A stretch of 64,000 bases of DNA from Pseudomonadota bacterium (GTDB taxonomy: Bacteria > Campylobacterota > Campylobacteria > Campylobacterales > Sulfurimonadaceae): assembly GCA_043797085.1 (NCBI GenBank), contig JAZDQA010000004.1:96001-160000 (forward strand). Reading direction: 5' to 3'. Made by a program: the position numbers and the translations under genes. The notes under the pieces are model-generated. The model had not been told where the DNA came from. It saw only the letters and a program-made list of their open reading frames with translations, and made no database searches. Of this stretch, positions 8,885-18,950 are shown in pieces. Each line of letters starts with the position of its first letter. Positions within the stretch are counted from its first letter, which is position 1.

Positions 8885-9807
8885 TAATAAATTTTATTCT
8901 CTTCACCCGAACCGATTAGGGTATGCTCATCCAAAAAGATCAGCGAATCGTAAAGGGTTTCTCCCCCTTTTAATCGTGCGATTTTTCTTTGAGTGGCTAA
9001 ATCAAAAACTTGTAACTCATTTTCATCACCATCGGTATAAACCCCTTTGGATGCCGAAGGGCTAAGTCCGACTGCATAGACGAAAAAATCGGTTTCGATA
9101 AAATAACTCCCCTTTGGACGATAAACCCCGACACGACGATCATGCCCACCGCTGAGGATGGTGTTTTGTTGATAGGAGAGCCCATTGATTGCATCCAGGT
9201 TGAGCCCGCTGAGCGTTTTTATTTTTCGACCACTCATTGTCTCAATTTGTACAATTTCACCACTTTCATCCCCTACGGCTAAGAGTGATTTCTTAGGACT
9301 AAGTGCCATATCCCCAAACACTCCTCCACCGGCTTGTACTTGGTAGACGAGGGTTTGCTTGTTCAAATCCATAAGAACGATTGTATCACCAGAGAGTCCG
9401 AAGAGTAAATGACTTACATCAAGAAAACGAACTTTTTTAATCAATAGTCCTCTCGAATTATCAATAACTTTTAGCATCTTATTGTCGCGCCATAGATAAA
9501 CATTTCGAAAAGATTCACCACTCTCGGTCACGATAACCGTAGATGCTGCTAAATGATCGACAGAATAGATTTTTGGGGTAAAAACTTTGCCTAAAATGGA
9601 AACGTTTGGCGCAGTTATGGAACTGAGTTTATGTTTTGATACACTATCAAAAACATTCACAATTCCTGCATCTGTTGAGGTATAAATCTTGCCTTCTCGA
9701 ACTACCATGTCGCTGATTAACCCATCGGTTTTTAGTGTTGCAGAGTGGTTAATAACAGCTGCAACGCCAGTTATAAGAAGAAAAAATAAAAAAAATAATG
9801 TTTTCAT
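8869..9807 (-). CDS. napL: Periplasmic beta-propeller nitrate reductase accessory protein
   Basis: Signal peptide, WD40-like repeats, position between napF and napD. Confidence 0.85.
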   Translation of the reverse strand: MKTLFFLFFLLITGVAAVINHSATLKTDGLISDMVVREGKIYTSTDAGIVNVFDSVSKHKLSSITAPNVSILGKVFTPKIYSVDHLAASTVIVTESGESFRNVYLWRDNKMLKVIDNSRGLLIKKVRFLDVSHLLFGLSGDTIVLMDLNKQTLVYQVQAGGGVFGDMALSPKKSLLAVGDESGEIVQIETMSGRKIKTLSGLNLDAINGLSYQQNTILSGGHDRRVGVYRPKGSYFIETDFFVYAVGLSPSASKGVYTDGDENELQVFDLATQRKIARLKGGETLYDSLIFLDEHTLIGSGEENKIYYWRIP

Positions 9808-10280
9808 GCTACCATCTCAATCGCACCGCTGGGGCACACGCCGATACAATATCCACATCCCGTACATTTTTCAGGGAGGATAATCGGATGCAACATGCCT
9901 TTGAAAACAATTGCATTCTCCAAGCACGGCTCCTTGCAGGAAAAACAAATCGTCCCGTGATGGGACATGCAATTTAACATGGTGATTTTCGCATGGCCTT
10001 GTATGAAACGATTTGGATCATTTAGTACATTCGGAGTACATGCTTCGAGACATTTATGACAATCACTGCATCCTGTTGTTTTAAAATCCAAAAAAGGGAT
10101 TTTCTGATCATCAAGACGAATGATGTTCTCTTCACACGCAGTTGCACACATCGCTTCACATGTTTTACACGCTTCAAATGTTTCATTCAAAAGCGCGTAT
10201 GGAGGGCGAGTGGAAGATTTTACGTCATTAAAGAGTGCCGAAAGAGCACCAAAAAATCCTCCTCTTTTCGCCGTTTCCAT
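9804..10280 (-). CDS. napF: Ferredoxin-type protein
   Basis: RPPY plus several CxxCxxCxxxC motifs. Confidence 0.88.
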   Translation of the reverse strand: METAKRGGFFGALSALFNDVKSSTRPPYALLNETFEACKTCEAMCATACEENIIRLDDQKIPFLDFKTTGCSDCHKCLEACTPNVLNDPNRFIQGHAKITMLNCMSHHGTICFSCKEPCLENAIVFKGMLHPIILPEKCTGCGYCIGVCPSGAIEMVA

Positions 10281-10282
10281 GA

Positions 10283-10891
10283 CTATAGTCCGTTTCCGAC
10301 TTTGACACCGATGTCAAGTTCATCCATGAGATACGATGACTTTTTATGCTTTTGACCTTTTTTATCGGTATAGTCCGGTTTGAAACTGCTCTCTACTCGC
10401 AGTTTCCCTTGGGTTTGCGGTGCATGGCATTGGGTACAGTTGTAACGTCCTTGCCAGAGTTGACCATGCAAATCTTTTTTGATAATAACATCATTGCTTT
10501 CAGATTTGAAGTTATCATCTTCATCGGATTCTACCGCCGGTCTAAAGCTCGTGAAATGCGATTTTGGTATCGAAGTTGCCCCAACACTGGGAGCAATTTC
10601 AGGCATGTGACATCCCAGACACGCATTGTTATTTTTATCAATCTCGCCTAGACTGTCAATTTCATGAGGAATCATCGGCGGTGCATTGGTATACGCACGC
10701 GGAATTTTCTTTGACGTTCCGGGAGCTTCAGTGTGATAGTTAGTCCCATCTGGTTTAGCCGTGTCTTCTGTGTATAAATCAGCACTGCGCATCCCCAGCT
10801 GTGTTTCATCTATTGAGGTATTTCCAGCGTAAAGACCGCTAATAATCAGTGAAGCAGCAATGAAGCTGCTCATCATTTTTCTTGCTTTCAT
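10283..10891 (-). CDS. napB: Diheme cytochrome c subunit of nitrate reductase
   Basis: APPMIPH, CLGCH, CTQCHAPQ. Confidence 0.95.
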   Translation of the reverse strand: MKARKMMSSFIAASLIISGLYAGNTSIDETQLGMRSADLYTEDTAKPDGTNYHTEAPGTSKKIPRAYTNAPPMIPHEIDSLGEIDKNNNACLGCHMPEIAPSVGATSIPKSHFTSFRPAVESDEDDNFKSESNDVIIKKDLHGQLWQGRYNCTQCHAPQTQGKLRVESSFKPDYTDKKGQKHKKSSYLMDELDIGVKVGNGL

Positions 10892-11706
10892 TCTTCATCC
10901 TTTGGTTGTTTTGTGAAACTTCGGATCGAAAATCCGAGCGCGTCTTCTTGACAGACATCTACGCATCTGCCACAATTTGTGCACTCACCCATAAGTACAC
11001 TTTCACTGCTGCGATTGATCATATGAAGGACCTCTTTTTCAGGGCACACCGTGATGCAACTGCGACAATCGGTACATTTATCAGCATCATGAGAAACACG
11101 GATAAGGGAAAATTTCCCGATAAGCGAATACGTCGCGCCCAGTGGACACACATACCCGCACCATCCATTCTCATGTACCAGTAAATCAAACAAAAAGATC
11201 ACGACTAGCGCACCGCCGCCCATCCCCATACCGAAGATAAGTCCACGGTGAGCCATTGAAACAGGGCTGATAAGTTCAAACGCTGCTACTCCCATAAGAG
11301 CAGAAAGGATTAAACTCAAACCTAAAATCCAATAGCGTAATGATCGGCTCATATAAAATCGTTTCTGCACTTCAGAAAATTTCAAAGCTCGACGCAGCCA
11401 TGCCGCCGTATCGGTAATAATGTTGATAGGACACACCCAGCTGCAAAAGGCACGCCCACCGATAACACCATAGAAAAGTGTCACGATTAATGCACCGAGC
11501 AGTATATCCATCCCTAAACTTGCCCCCGTAACGGCAATTTGCATCACCGCATAGGGATCACTTAGGGGAATAACTCCCAACACAGAGGAAGTGCTGAGAT
11601 TACCTTGCAACATTTTCCATCCCCACACATTGGCTCCTATATAAAGAACCAAGAGTGTGATTTGTGTTAAACGACGGAGGATTAAATAGCGATAATTTTT
11701 CATCAT
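10888..11706 (-). CDS. napH: Quinol dehydrogenase membrane subunit
   Basis: LRRLTQ, GRAFCSWVCP, WCGYVCPLG, two 4Fe-4S motifs. Confidence 0.95.
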   Translation of the reverse strand: MMKNYRYLILRRLTQITLLVLYIGANVWGWKMLQGNLSTSSVLGVIPLSDPYAVMQIAVTGASLGMDILLGALIVTLFYGVIGGRAFCSWVCPINIITDTAAWLRRALKFSEVQKRFYMSRSLRYWILGLSLILSALMGVAAFELISPVSMAHRGLIFGMGMGGGALVVIFLFDLLVHENGWCGYVCPLGATYSLIGKFSLIRVSHDADKCTDCRSCITVCPEKEVLHMINRSSESVLMGECTNCGRCVDVCQEDALGFSIRSFTKQPKDEE

Positions 11707-12506
11707 AATCCTCCTTCGTCATTGAGTGAATCAAGCGCACTTTTTTCGCTTATCTTGGTTTTAGTGACCTCTATTGAGGCTCCTTCTAACCGTTTTTCGT
11801 CCGTTTTATCCCACCCTTTTATATAGTGGTCTCCCACTTTCCCCATGGCTAATGCTCTGGGGAAGATATGGATAGCGGCGATTTCAGTAACACATGCGTG
11901 CTCACACATCCCGCATCCTGTACACACTTCCGCATGCACAACAGGTTTTAAAAATGCATGCTTCCCCGTGCGTTCATTTTTGGACGTTTCGATGGTAATG
12001 GCTTCGCCTAAAAGCGGACACGCACGGTAGCACGCATCACACTGGATTCCCCACACGGCGATACACGAACTCTCATCGACCACCGCTAAACCCATACGCG
12101 ATTTATTGATGTCCAAAACGGCTTTGCTTTTCACATAGCTGCTTACGGAGGGTTCGTTCAATGCACCGCTAGGGCACACCGGTACACACGGAATATCCGT
12201 ACACATATAACAAGGTACAGATCGTGGGGTAAAAAACGGTGTCCCGATGGGGAGATTGTCCCCTGGACGCGCTAATATCAGAGTGTCATACGGACACGCT
12301 TCCACACACAAACCGCACTTGATACAGTTTTTGATAAACTCCGCTTCATCCAGCGCTCCCGGAGGGCGCAAAACCAGAGGCGCTGCTTTTACTTCACCCA
12401 CATAGGCACTCCAGACCAAAGCCCCCATCGCACTCAACCCAATTCCTCTCGCAATAGAGAGGAGAAAACGGCGACGATCATTAGGAGTTTTAGTACTCAT
12501 GGTCAT
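11703..12506 (-). CDS. napG: Quinol dehydrogenase periplasmic ferredoxin subunit
   Basis: Tat RRRFL, LRPPGA, four Fe-S motifs. Confidence 0.95.
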   Translation of the reverse strand: MTMSTKTPNDRRRFLLSIARGIGLSAMGALVWSAYVGEVKAAPLVLRPPGALDEAEFIKNCIKCGLCVEACPYDTLILARPGDNLPIGTPFFTPRSVPCYMCTDIPCVPVCPSGALNEPSVSSYVKSKAVLDINKSRMGLAVVDESSCIAVWGIQCDACYRACPLLGEAITIETSKNERTGKHAFLKPVVHAEVCTGCGMCEHACVTEIAAIHIFPRALAMGKVGDHYIKGWDKTDEKRLEGASIEVTKTKISEKSALDSLNDEGGL

Positions 12507-15295
12507 TACGCTTTATAGATTTTGACGGCACATTTTTTGTGGTCGATTTGTTTAGAAATCGGACACGTGTGATCCAAACATACTTTGTTGATAAATACTT
12601 TTTCATCAAACCATGGTACGAATACCAATCCTTTTGGAGGACGGTTACGACCACGAGTTTCGACGTGTGCTTTTACTTTACCACGGCGTGATTCTACCCA
12701 CACCATCTCGCCACGCTTCACTCCGCGCTTTTGTGCATCATCAGGGTGCATATAACACAATGCCTCCGGAACCGCACGATAAAGCTCAGGAACACGCATC
12801 GTCATGGTACCGCTGTGCCAATGCTCGAGTACACGACCGGTACAAAGCCAAATGTCATAGTTTTTATCAGGTACTTCGGTTGGTTCCATATACGGACGGA
12901 AAAAGATTTTGGCTTTGTTATCCAAATTCACTTTTGCACTGTTCGTAACCCCTTTAAGATTTCCGGTTGGAATGTCTTTGAACGCATGGCCGTAGAATGC
13001 GAATGCACCGTTGTTTGCTTTTTTCGCATACGGATCGTATTTCGCGTTGTAACGCCAGAACGTCTCTTTCCCATCGACAACCGGCCATTTTAGACCGCGT
13101 ACACGGTGATAGGTATCGAAATCGGCGTAGTCATGTCCATGCCCGTCACCAAATTTACGATACTCTTCCCAAAGATATTTTTGGATGAAGAAGCCATATC
13201 CTTTGAACGGTTTTCCATCGCTTCCGATAACATTACGTTTATCGCCTTCAACTTCAGAGTTTTGATAGCCTTTGCCCACTGGATCAGGCCATTTAAATGC
13301 TTTTGCCCGTGCATTGCCAAAAAGGACATCGTACAAGGTTGAGTTATCGTTGTATCCCATTGCTTTGGCTTTGCCCATAACGTCAGGTAATCCGCCATCC
13401 AGTCCTGGAATTTTTTGCGCTCCCCATACTTCTTTGATCGTAAAGCGTTTGGAAAGCTCTACAAACTGCCATGTATCGGACATCGAATCACCCATTGGAG
13501 TGACTTGCTGACGCCAGTGTTGTGTTCGGCGTTCTGCATTACCGTACGCTCCCCATTTCTCATACATCATCGCACTTGGTAAAATCAAATCGGATACTTT
13601 TGCTGAAATTCCCGGATAACCATCGGACGTTACGATAAAGTTGTCCATGTTTCGAGCTGCTTTAATCCAGTGATCTGCATTACCGGTATCTTGATACGGA
13701 TTACAAACACTGACCCATGCAAATTTCACCTTGCCATCTTCGAGATCACGGTGGATCTGAGTAAAGTGCGATCCTGCTTTTGGGTTAATCGTTCCATCAG
13801 GAATCGCCCAGATGCCTTCTGCCATTTTACGGTGAGCAGGGTTCATGACGACCATGTCCGCAGGAAGTCGGTGACTGAATGTTCCTACTTCACGAGCTGT
13901 TCCACACGCGGATGGTTGACCTGTGAGCGAGAATGCACCATTACCCGGTTTGGCTTGTTTACCCAGTAGGAAATGCACCATGTAAGCTTGTTCATTAACC
14001 CATGTTCCACGTGTATGCTGATTAAAGCCCATCGTCCAGAATGTCAAACATTTGCGTTTTTTCTCGATGTAAAGATCTGCCATTTTTTTAAGTTTTGCTT
14101 TGTAGCTTTCCATGCTCTCATCTGCATCACCTTTGGAAACGTGTGCAACATAATCGAGGGTATAGGGAGCAAGACCTTTTTTGAACTCTTCAAAGGTGAT
14201 TTTCCAATGTTTGTTCGCATCATTGGTATTTTTCATCTCCAGCGTATCGCCCTCTTTGTAGCCTAAATATCCAAGACTGACTCCCTCATCGGCAGTTAGA
14301 ACTTTAGATTTTTGTTTGGCTGCGGTATCGAGCTCTTTCGCCCCATATTTAGGGTGGTGAATGTCTTCGCGAAGCCCGTATCCGATGTCTACAGGACCGG
14401 TTGCAAATACGATATTTTTATCTAAGAACTCTTTGTCCATGGCTTCAGGATGATTGTACACAATCTCACGAGCGATGTAGTTCCAAATCGCCAAATCGGT
14501 ATTAGGCTTGAAGATGATTTCGACATCCGCTAGGTCCATCGTACGATGTTTGTAGGTCGATAGAACAACAACTTGTACTTTATCAGGATTACTAAGTTTA
14601 CGATCACTGACACGTGACCAGAGGATAGGGTGCATTTCCGCCATATTTGAACCAAACGCAACAATCGTTTCAGCAAGTTCAATGTCCTCATAACAGCCCG
14701 ATGGTTCATCCGCTCCAAAAACGTTCATGAATCCAGTAACAGCAGATGCCATACAAAGACGTGCATTAGGATCGATGTTGTTGGTACGGAATCCCGCTTT
14801 CATTAGCTTGAGTGCTGCGTGACCCTCCATCGCCGTTTGCTGACCTGAGCTGAACATCGCGATGCCGGTAGGTCCTTTTTCTTTGAGAGCTGATTTGATG
14901 TGTATTTCCATCTCATCAAAAGCACGTTTCCAGCTGACAGGTTTGAATTTGCCCTGCTTATCAAATTGGCCTTTATCGTTCATGCGCAATAACGGCTGAG
15001 TAAGACGATCCGCACCGTACATGATTTTGGCGTTAAAGTATCCTTTGATACAGTTAAGACCGCGATTAACCGGAGCCAATGGATCACCCTTGACTGCGAC
15101 GATACGATCGTCTTTGGTTGCCATCATGATACCGCATCCCGTTCCGCAAAAACGGCATGCCGCTTTATCCCAACGCCATCCTGCCTGACCCTGAGCTGAT
15201 GCTGCTTCGACTGAAGCAGGTACTGCCATTCCTATTGCTGTTGCGGCAGACGCTGCTGCTGCACTTTTTAAAAATTCTCTTCTATCCAATGACAT
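12506..15295 (-). CDS. napA: Periplasmic nitrate reductase catalytic subunit
   Basis: Tat [37 protein letters not shown]; start at ATG 15295 after an AAGGGGG RBS. Confidence 0.97.
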   Translation of the reverse strand: MSLDRREFLKSAAAASAATAIGMAVPASVEAASAQGQAGWRWDKAACRFCGTGCGIMMATKDDRIVAVKGDPLAPVNRGLNCIKGYFNAKIMYGADRLTQPLLRMNDKGQFDKQGKFKPVSWKRAFDEMEIHIKSALKEKGPTGIAMFSSGQQTAMEGHAALKLMKAGFRTNNIDPNARLCMASAVTGFMNVFGADEPSGCYEDIELAETIVAFGSNMAEMHPILWSRVSDRKLSNPDKVQVVVLSTYKHRTMDLADVEIIFKPNTDLAIWNYIAREIVYNHPEAMDKEFLDKNIVFATGPVDIGYGLREDIHHPKYGAKELDTAAKQKSKVLTADEGVSLGYLGYKEGDTLEMKNTNDANKHWKITFEEFKKGLAPYTLDYVAHVSKGDADESMESYKAKLKKMADLYIEKKRKCLTFWTMGFNQHTRGTWVNEQAYMVHFLLGKQAKPGNGAFSLTGQPSACGTAREVGTFSHRLPADMVVMNPAHRKMAEGIWAIPDGTINPKAGSHFTQIHRDLEDGKVKFAWVSVCNPYQDTGNADHWIKAARNMDNFIVTSDGYPGISAKVSDLILPSAMMYEKWGAYGNAERRTQHWRQQVTPMGDSMSDTWQFVELSKRFTIKEVWGAQKIPGLDGGLPDVMGKAKAMGYNDNSTLYDVLFGNARAKAFKWPDPVGKGYQNSEVEGDKRNVIGSDGKPFKGYGFFIQKYLWEEYRKFGDGHGHDYADFDTYHRVRGLKWPVVDGKETFWRYNAKYDPYAKKANNGAFAFYGHAFKDIPTGNLKGVTNSAKVNLDNKAKIFFRPYMEPTEVPDKNYDIWLCTGRVLEHWHSGTMTMRVPELYRAVPEALCYMHPDDAQKRGVKRGEMVWVESRRGKVKAHVETRGRNRPPKGLVFVPWFDEKVFINKVCLDHTCPISKQIDHKKCAVKIYKA

Positions 15296-15416
15296 AAAAG
15301 CCCCCTTAGTGGAATCACTTGTTCGTTCCAAAATGGACGAACTCCTTAAGTTTTCCTGATGCTATGAAATAACTCATGCACTTCAAACATTATAAAGAAA
15401 TAGGAGAAAAAAGGTT

Positions 15417-15430
15417 TTGACTTAGGTCAA
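15417..15430 (-). promoter_or_regulatory. Fnr/Dnr-type box for the nap operon
   Basis: TTGACTTAGGTCAA, 22 bp from TATAAT (15389-15394). Confidence 0.85.
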
Positions 15431-15448
15431 GAAACGAAAAAATGCCGA

Positions 15449-16345
15449 TTAGGCATTTCGTATTTCGTTGGCTTTTTGGAGGTTGTTTTTAAGTTTTTTA
15501 AGACGCAGAGAGGTTTGGTGCAGTTCTTCGCTTACTTGGATCATTACATCTTCACTTTGTTCTAGCAGTTCTTCGGCTTCGGGGGTGGAACTCATGAGAC
15601 TGGCAGTTGCAGCTTCACTCTTCTCGACCGCATCCGTAGCACTTTGGAGCGCTTCTTCGACATTACGTAAAAAATACTCGATATGAGAGCAGGCAATATC
15701 GAGTTCGTTTCCACTATGGGTGAGATTTTCTTCACCGCTAATACTTTTTGAATGTTCTAGGAATTTTTCAAAATTGCGTTGTATCTGTAATGTTGTCCGC
15801 GCCATGTAGAGGATAATAGCAAAAGAGATGAGGGCAAGAGTAATTTGAATACGGTGCGCCAGTACTCGTTTTTCCATCATCGATTCTTCGTATTGGTTCA
15901 CTGCTTTGTCCATCAATGCCAGCGTTTGATCTCCATTCTCATAAATGGTTTTAAGATCATACAAGTTGTGATCCCCTTGTAAATAACGATCGATCAGTCC
16001 TCCCATGCGATTCCAATGTCTATGCACTTCCATCATGGTAATATCGATTTTTTCATTTTTAAAAGCATGATAGTCTGAAGTCGTTGCACTAAGCTGTTTA
16101 AAATTACGATCAAATTCTTCTCGTGCACTTTGCAGCCGCTCGTATGCTCCATCTTCATCCACCAACAGACGGTGTAGTTCCAAGACGGTACGCTGGGAGA
16201 GCATTCGCTGTTTTCCGGCTGTATTGATTACTTTGGCATCGAGTTTTTGAGATGAATTGAGCCAAATATCGACCATAATAATAGTAATAAGATTGATTGA
16301 GAGAATGAGAACGATCCAACGAATTTTAGTAGATATTGATTGCAT
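15449..16345 (-). CDS. Membrane protein with NarX/PilJ-type nitrate-sensing domain and no kinase/MCP output
   Basis: TM1, P-box-like AKVINTAGKQRMLSQR, TM2, short coiled-coil tail. Confidence 0.8.
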   Translation of the reverse strand: MQSISTKIRWIVLILSINLITIIMVDIWLNSSQKLDAKVINTAGKQRMLSQRTVLELHRLLVDEDGAYERLQSAREEFDRNFKQLSATTSDYHAFKNEKIDITMMEVHRHWNRMGGLIDRYLQGDHNLYDLKTIYENGDQTLALMDKAVNQYEESMMEKRVLAHRIQITLALISFAIILYMARTTLQIQRNFEKFLEHSKSISGEENLTHSGNELDIACSHIEYFLRNVEEALQSATDAVEKSEAATASLMSSTPEAEELLEQSEDVMIQVSEELHQTSLRLKKLKNNLQKANEIRNA

Positions 16346-16992
16346 TATAGCCCCTCCGTAAAATAGTGTGCTAACTCATCTCGTAAAAGAATGAGTGTTT
16401 TGTGATCTTCTTCGATGATAATGCCCTTACGGATAAATTTAGCCAATACACGCGAAAGGGTAGCTGGCTGAATATTAAGACGATAGGATATTTCTTGTTT
16501 TTTCAGACTGTTATAAAGATCAAGATTTCCGTGCAGCATTTTAGCAACTTTTGCAGTGACATCGTGCACCATTCCCATCGTTACCATACAATCGATCATT
16601 TGTTTTTGATTCGCGAGAAGATTCACCAATCGAATCAGTAACGTATTGTCATTTTTTACAACCTCATTAAAAGCTTTTAAATCACACGACATCACGCGGC
16701 TGTGGGAGAGAAACTCAACATTGCTAAAACAACTGATACGATCACAATCAAGTGAACCGATATTGGTCAGTAATGCTTGATCCTTTAAGGTATACAAAAA
16801 AACTTCGTTATCAAATCGATCCACTTTATAAAACTTCACTTCTCCCTCAAGGAGAAAATAAACACGATTAATATCATCATCTTCATACACTAAGATATCC
16901 GATGCTTCATAATTTTTTATTTTTGTATTAATGGATAATGGGGATAGTTTTTGCGGATCACATCCTTTAAAAAAATCAAGCTGTTCCAACAT
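16345..16992 (-). CDS. Crp/Fnr family transcriptional regulator
   Basis: cNMP-fold (YFLLEGEVK) and HTH IQPATLSRVL; start near 16992-16995 after AAGGA. Confidence 0.88.
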   Translation of the reverse strand: MLEQLDFFKGCDPQKLSPLSINTKIKNYEASDILVYEDDDINRVYFLLEGEVKFYKVDRFDNEVFLYTLKDQALLTNIGSLDCDRISCFSNVEFLSHSRVMSCDLKAFNEVVKNDNTLLIRLVNLLANQKQMIDCMVTMGMVHDVTAKVAKMLHGNLDLYNSLKKQEISYRLNIQPATLSRVLAKFIRKGIIIEEDHKTLILLRDELAHYFTEGL

Positions 16993-17055
16993 CAATGGAG
17001 TATTCCTTACGTAATAATCTATTTTAAATGATAACACACACCTCTATCATTCGAA

Positions 17056-17069
17056 TTGACATAAATCAA
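17056..17069 (+). promoter_or_regulatory. Fnr/Dnr-type box for moaA (divergent region with the Crp/Fnr gene)
   Basis: TTGACATAAATCAA, 22 bp from TACCAT (17092-17097). Confidence 0.78.
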
Positions 17070-17128
17070 GAACATCCATTTGAAGATAAGCTACCATAAG
17101 CCAAGTATAAATGAAGAAGGCTGACCCA

Positions 17129-18094
17129 ATGTTGATAGACAGTTTTAATCGTGAAGTCAATTATTTACGTGTATCCGTCACCGAGCGATGCAATTTCAGG
17201 TGTCGTTACTGCATGGCAGAAAAGCCCTTTAGCTGGGTGCCAAAAGAAAATCTTCTTAGTTACGAAGAGCTTTTTGCTTTTATCAAAATCAGTATTGACA
17301 GTGGTATTCGTAAAATCCGTATTACAGGCGGAGAGCCAACCACGAGAGAAAATCTCGATGAGTTGATTGCTATGATACACACCTATGCACCCGAAGTCGA
17401 TATCGGGCTTACTAGCAATGGTTTTTTACTTCCCGCAATGGCCCAAAGGCTCAAAAGGGCAGGGTTAAAACGGGTCAATATTTCACTTGACTCACTGGAA
17501 AAAGAGACATTGCATTATATCGCCCAAAAAGATGTTCTTGAATCCGTATTAAAAGGGATAGATGCCGCAATCGATGCCGGATTATCCGTCAAAATCAACA
17601 GCGTTATTTTGCGCGGAATCAATGATCACGAAATAGGGTCTTTGTTCGAATATGCCCAAAATATCGGTGCGCAAATACGTTACATCGAATACATGGAAAA
17701 CATTCATGCCTCCGATGGGATAAAAGGTCTTGCAAGCTATGAAATACTCTCAGAACTCTCTAAAACTCATTCATTCTCTCGTATCGTAAACGAAAAAAGC
17801 GGTCCCGCAAATTTGTATGAAACGTCCAAGGGATACCATTTCGGTACGATTGAACCCCATCGTCACGATTTTTGTGCAACCTGCGACCGTCTTCGTTTGA
17901 GTGCTGAGGGTGATTTGATCGGGTGTTTGTATTTCGAGGGGGCAAAAAACATCAAAGAAGCAATCCGTAACGGTGATACTCAAGAGGCTTATAAAATGTT
18001 AGCCGAAGTGGTCGATAACAAGCCCGAAAAAAATCTCTGGGGAATCGAAAACGTGGAAATTTCCTCGCGTGCGTTTTATCGAACGGGAGGATGA
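17129..18094 (+). CDS. moaA: GTP 3',8-cyclase (Moco biosynthesis)
   Basis: YLRVSVTERCNFRCRYCM, TGGEP, FCATCDRLRL, C-terminal GG. Confidence 0.96.
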   Translation: MLIDSFNREVNYLRVSVTERCNFRCRYCMAEKPFSWVPKENLLSYEELFAFIKISIDSGIRKIRITGGEPTTRENLDELIAMIHTYAPEVDIGLTSNGFLLPAMAQRLKRAGLKRVNISLDSLEKETLHYIAQKDVLESVLKGIDAAIDAGLSVKINSVILRGINDHEIGSLFEYAQNIGAQIRYIEYMENIHASDGIKGLASYEILSELSKTHSFSRIVNEKSGPANLYETSKGYHFGTIEPHRHDFCATCDRLRLSAEGDLIGCLYFEGAKNIKEAIRNGDTQEAYKMLAEVVDNKPEKNLWGIENVEISSRAFYRTGG

Positions 18095-18102
18095 AAGTTC
18101 CC

Positions 18103-18852
18103 TTATGCCTCCAGATAGTATCCAACTCCTGAAGCATTTTTGATGACATCTTCGGAAAGCTTTTTACGTAAACGCCAGACTAGAGTTCGCACACTATTGA
18201 CACTCACATATTCTTCTCCCCAAACATACGACATCGCGAGTTCAAAATCGACTGTACGTCCAAAATTAACAGCCAGTAATCGGATAAAAGCATTCTCTGT
18301 TTTACTCAAATAAATTTTTTGATTTTTATAAAAAGTCTCTCCCAGTGAAATGTCATGTCGATAATATTTTCCAAATTCGACAATAGGTTTATCGGAGCTT
18401 TTTTTAACAAAGAGAAGCTTTTCAAGATCCTCTTTGTTGTGTTTTAACTCATCGATATTGACGAATCTTTTTTGCTCTTCTTCGAAACGATACAGTGCCA
18501 TTTGGATTGTTGTGTGAAGATTGAGTGGTTCAAAAGGTTTGACTATATAGCCGTAAGGCTCTGTCTGCTTGGCATTTATAAGTGTATTACTTCCAGAATG
18601 GGCGGTGAGATAGATAAAAGGGAGCGGCATTTTAGTACGAATAAATTGCGCTATTTCTATTCCTTGCTTCTGGCCTTTTAGCTCTATGTCGATGAGTACG
18701 ATGTCAGGATAGTAAATTTTTAGTTTTTTTTGAGCACTTTGCTTATCATTAGCGACTGAGACTACCTTATATCCGAATGTCTCCAACGATAGGGTTAAGT
18801 TGAGAGCTGTAACATCATCATCTTCAACGATAAGTATTTTAATGGATGCCAC
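18103..18852 (-). CDS. Orphan response regulator (receiver + OmpR-type winged helix)
   Basis: ILIVEDD, LIDI, YLTA, KPF; VRTLVWRLRKKL...GVGY. Confidence 0.9.
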   Translation of the reverse strand: MASIKILIVEDDDVTALNLTLSLETFGYKVVSVANDKQSAQKKLKIYYPDIVLIDIELKGQKQGIEIAQFIRTKMPLPFIYLTAHSGSNTLINAKQTEPYGYIVKPFEPLNLHTTIQMALYRFEEEQKRFVNIDELKHNKEDLEKLLFVKKSSDKPIVEFGKYYRHDISLGETFYKNQKIYLSKTENAFIRLLAVNFGRTVDFELAMSYVWGEEYVSVNSVRTLVWRLRKKLSEDVIKNASGVGYYLEA

Positions 18853-18933
18853 AGGACTCCTTTATAATTTTTAGTGACTGTTCTGATGGCTAGAAAGATT
18901 CAAACATAATAGCAAATGCCTAAGAGATAGTAT

Positions 18934-18947
18934 TTGATATAGATCAA
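18934..18947 (-). promoter_or_regulatory. Fnr/Dnr-type box for the response regulator
   Basis: TTGATATAGATCAA, 22 bp from TATTAT (18906-18911). Confidence 0.75.
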
Positions 18948-18950
18948 AGT

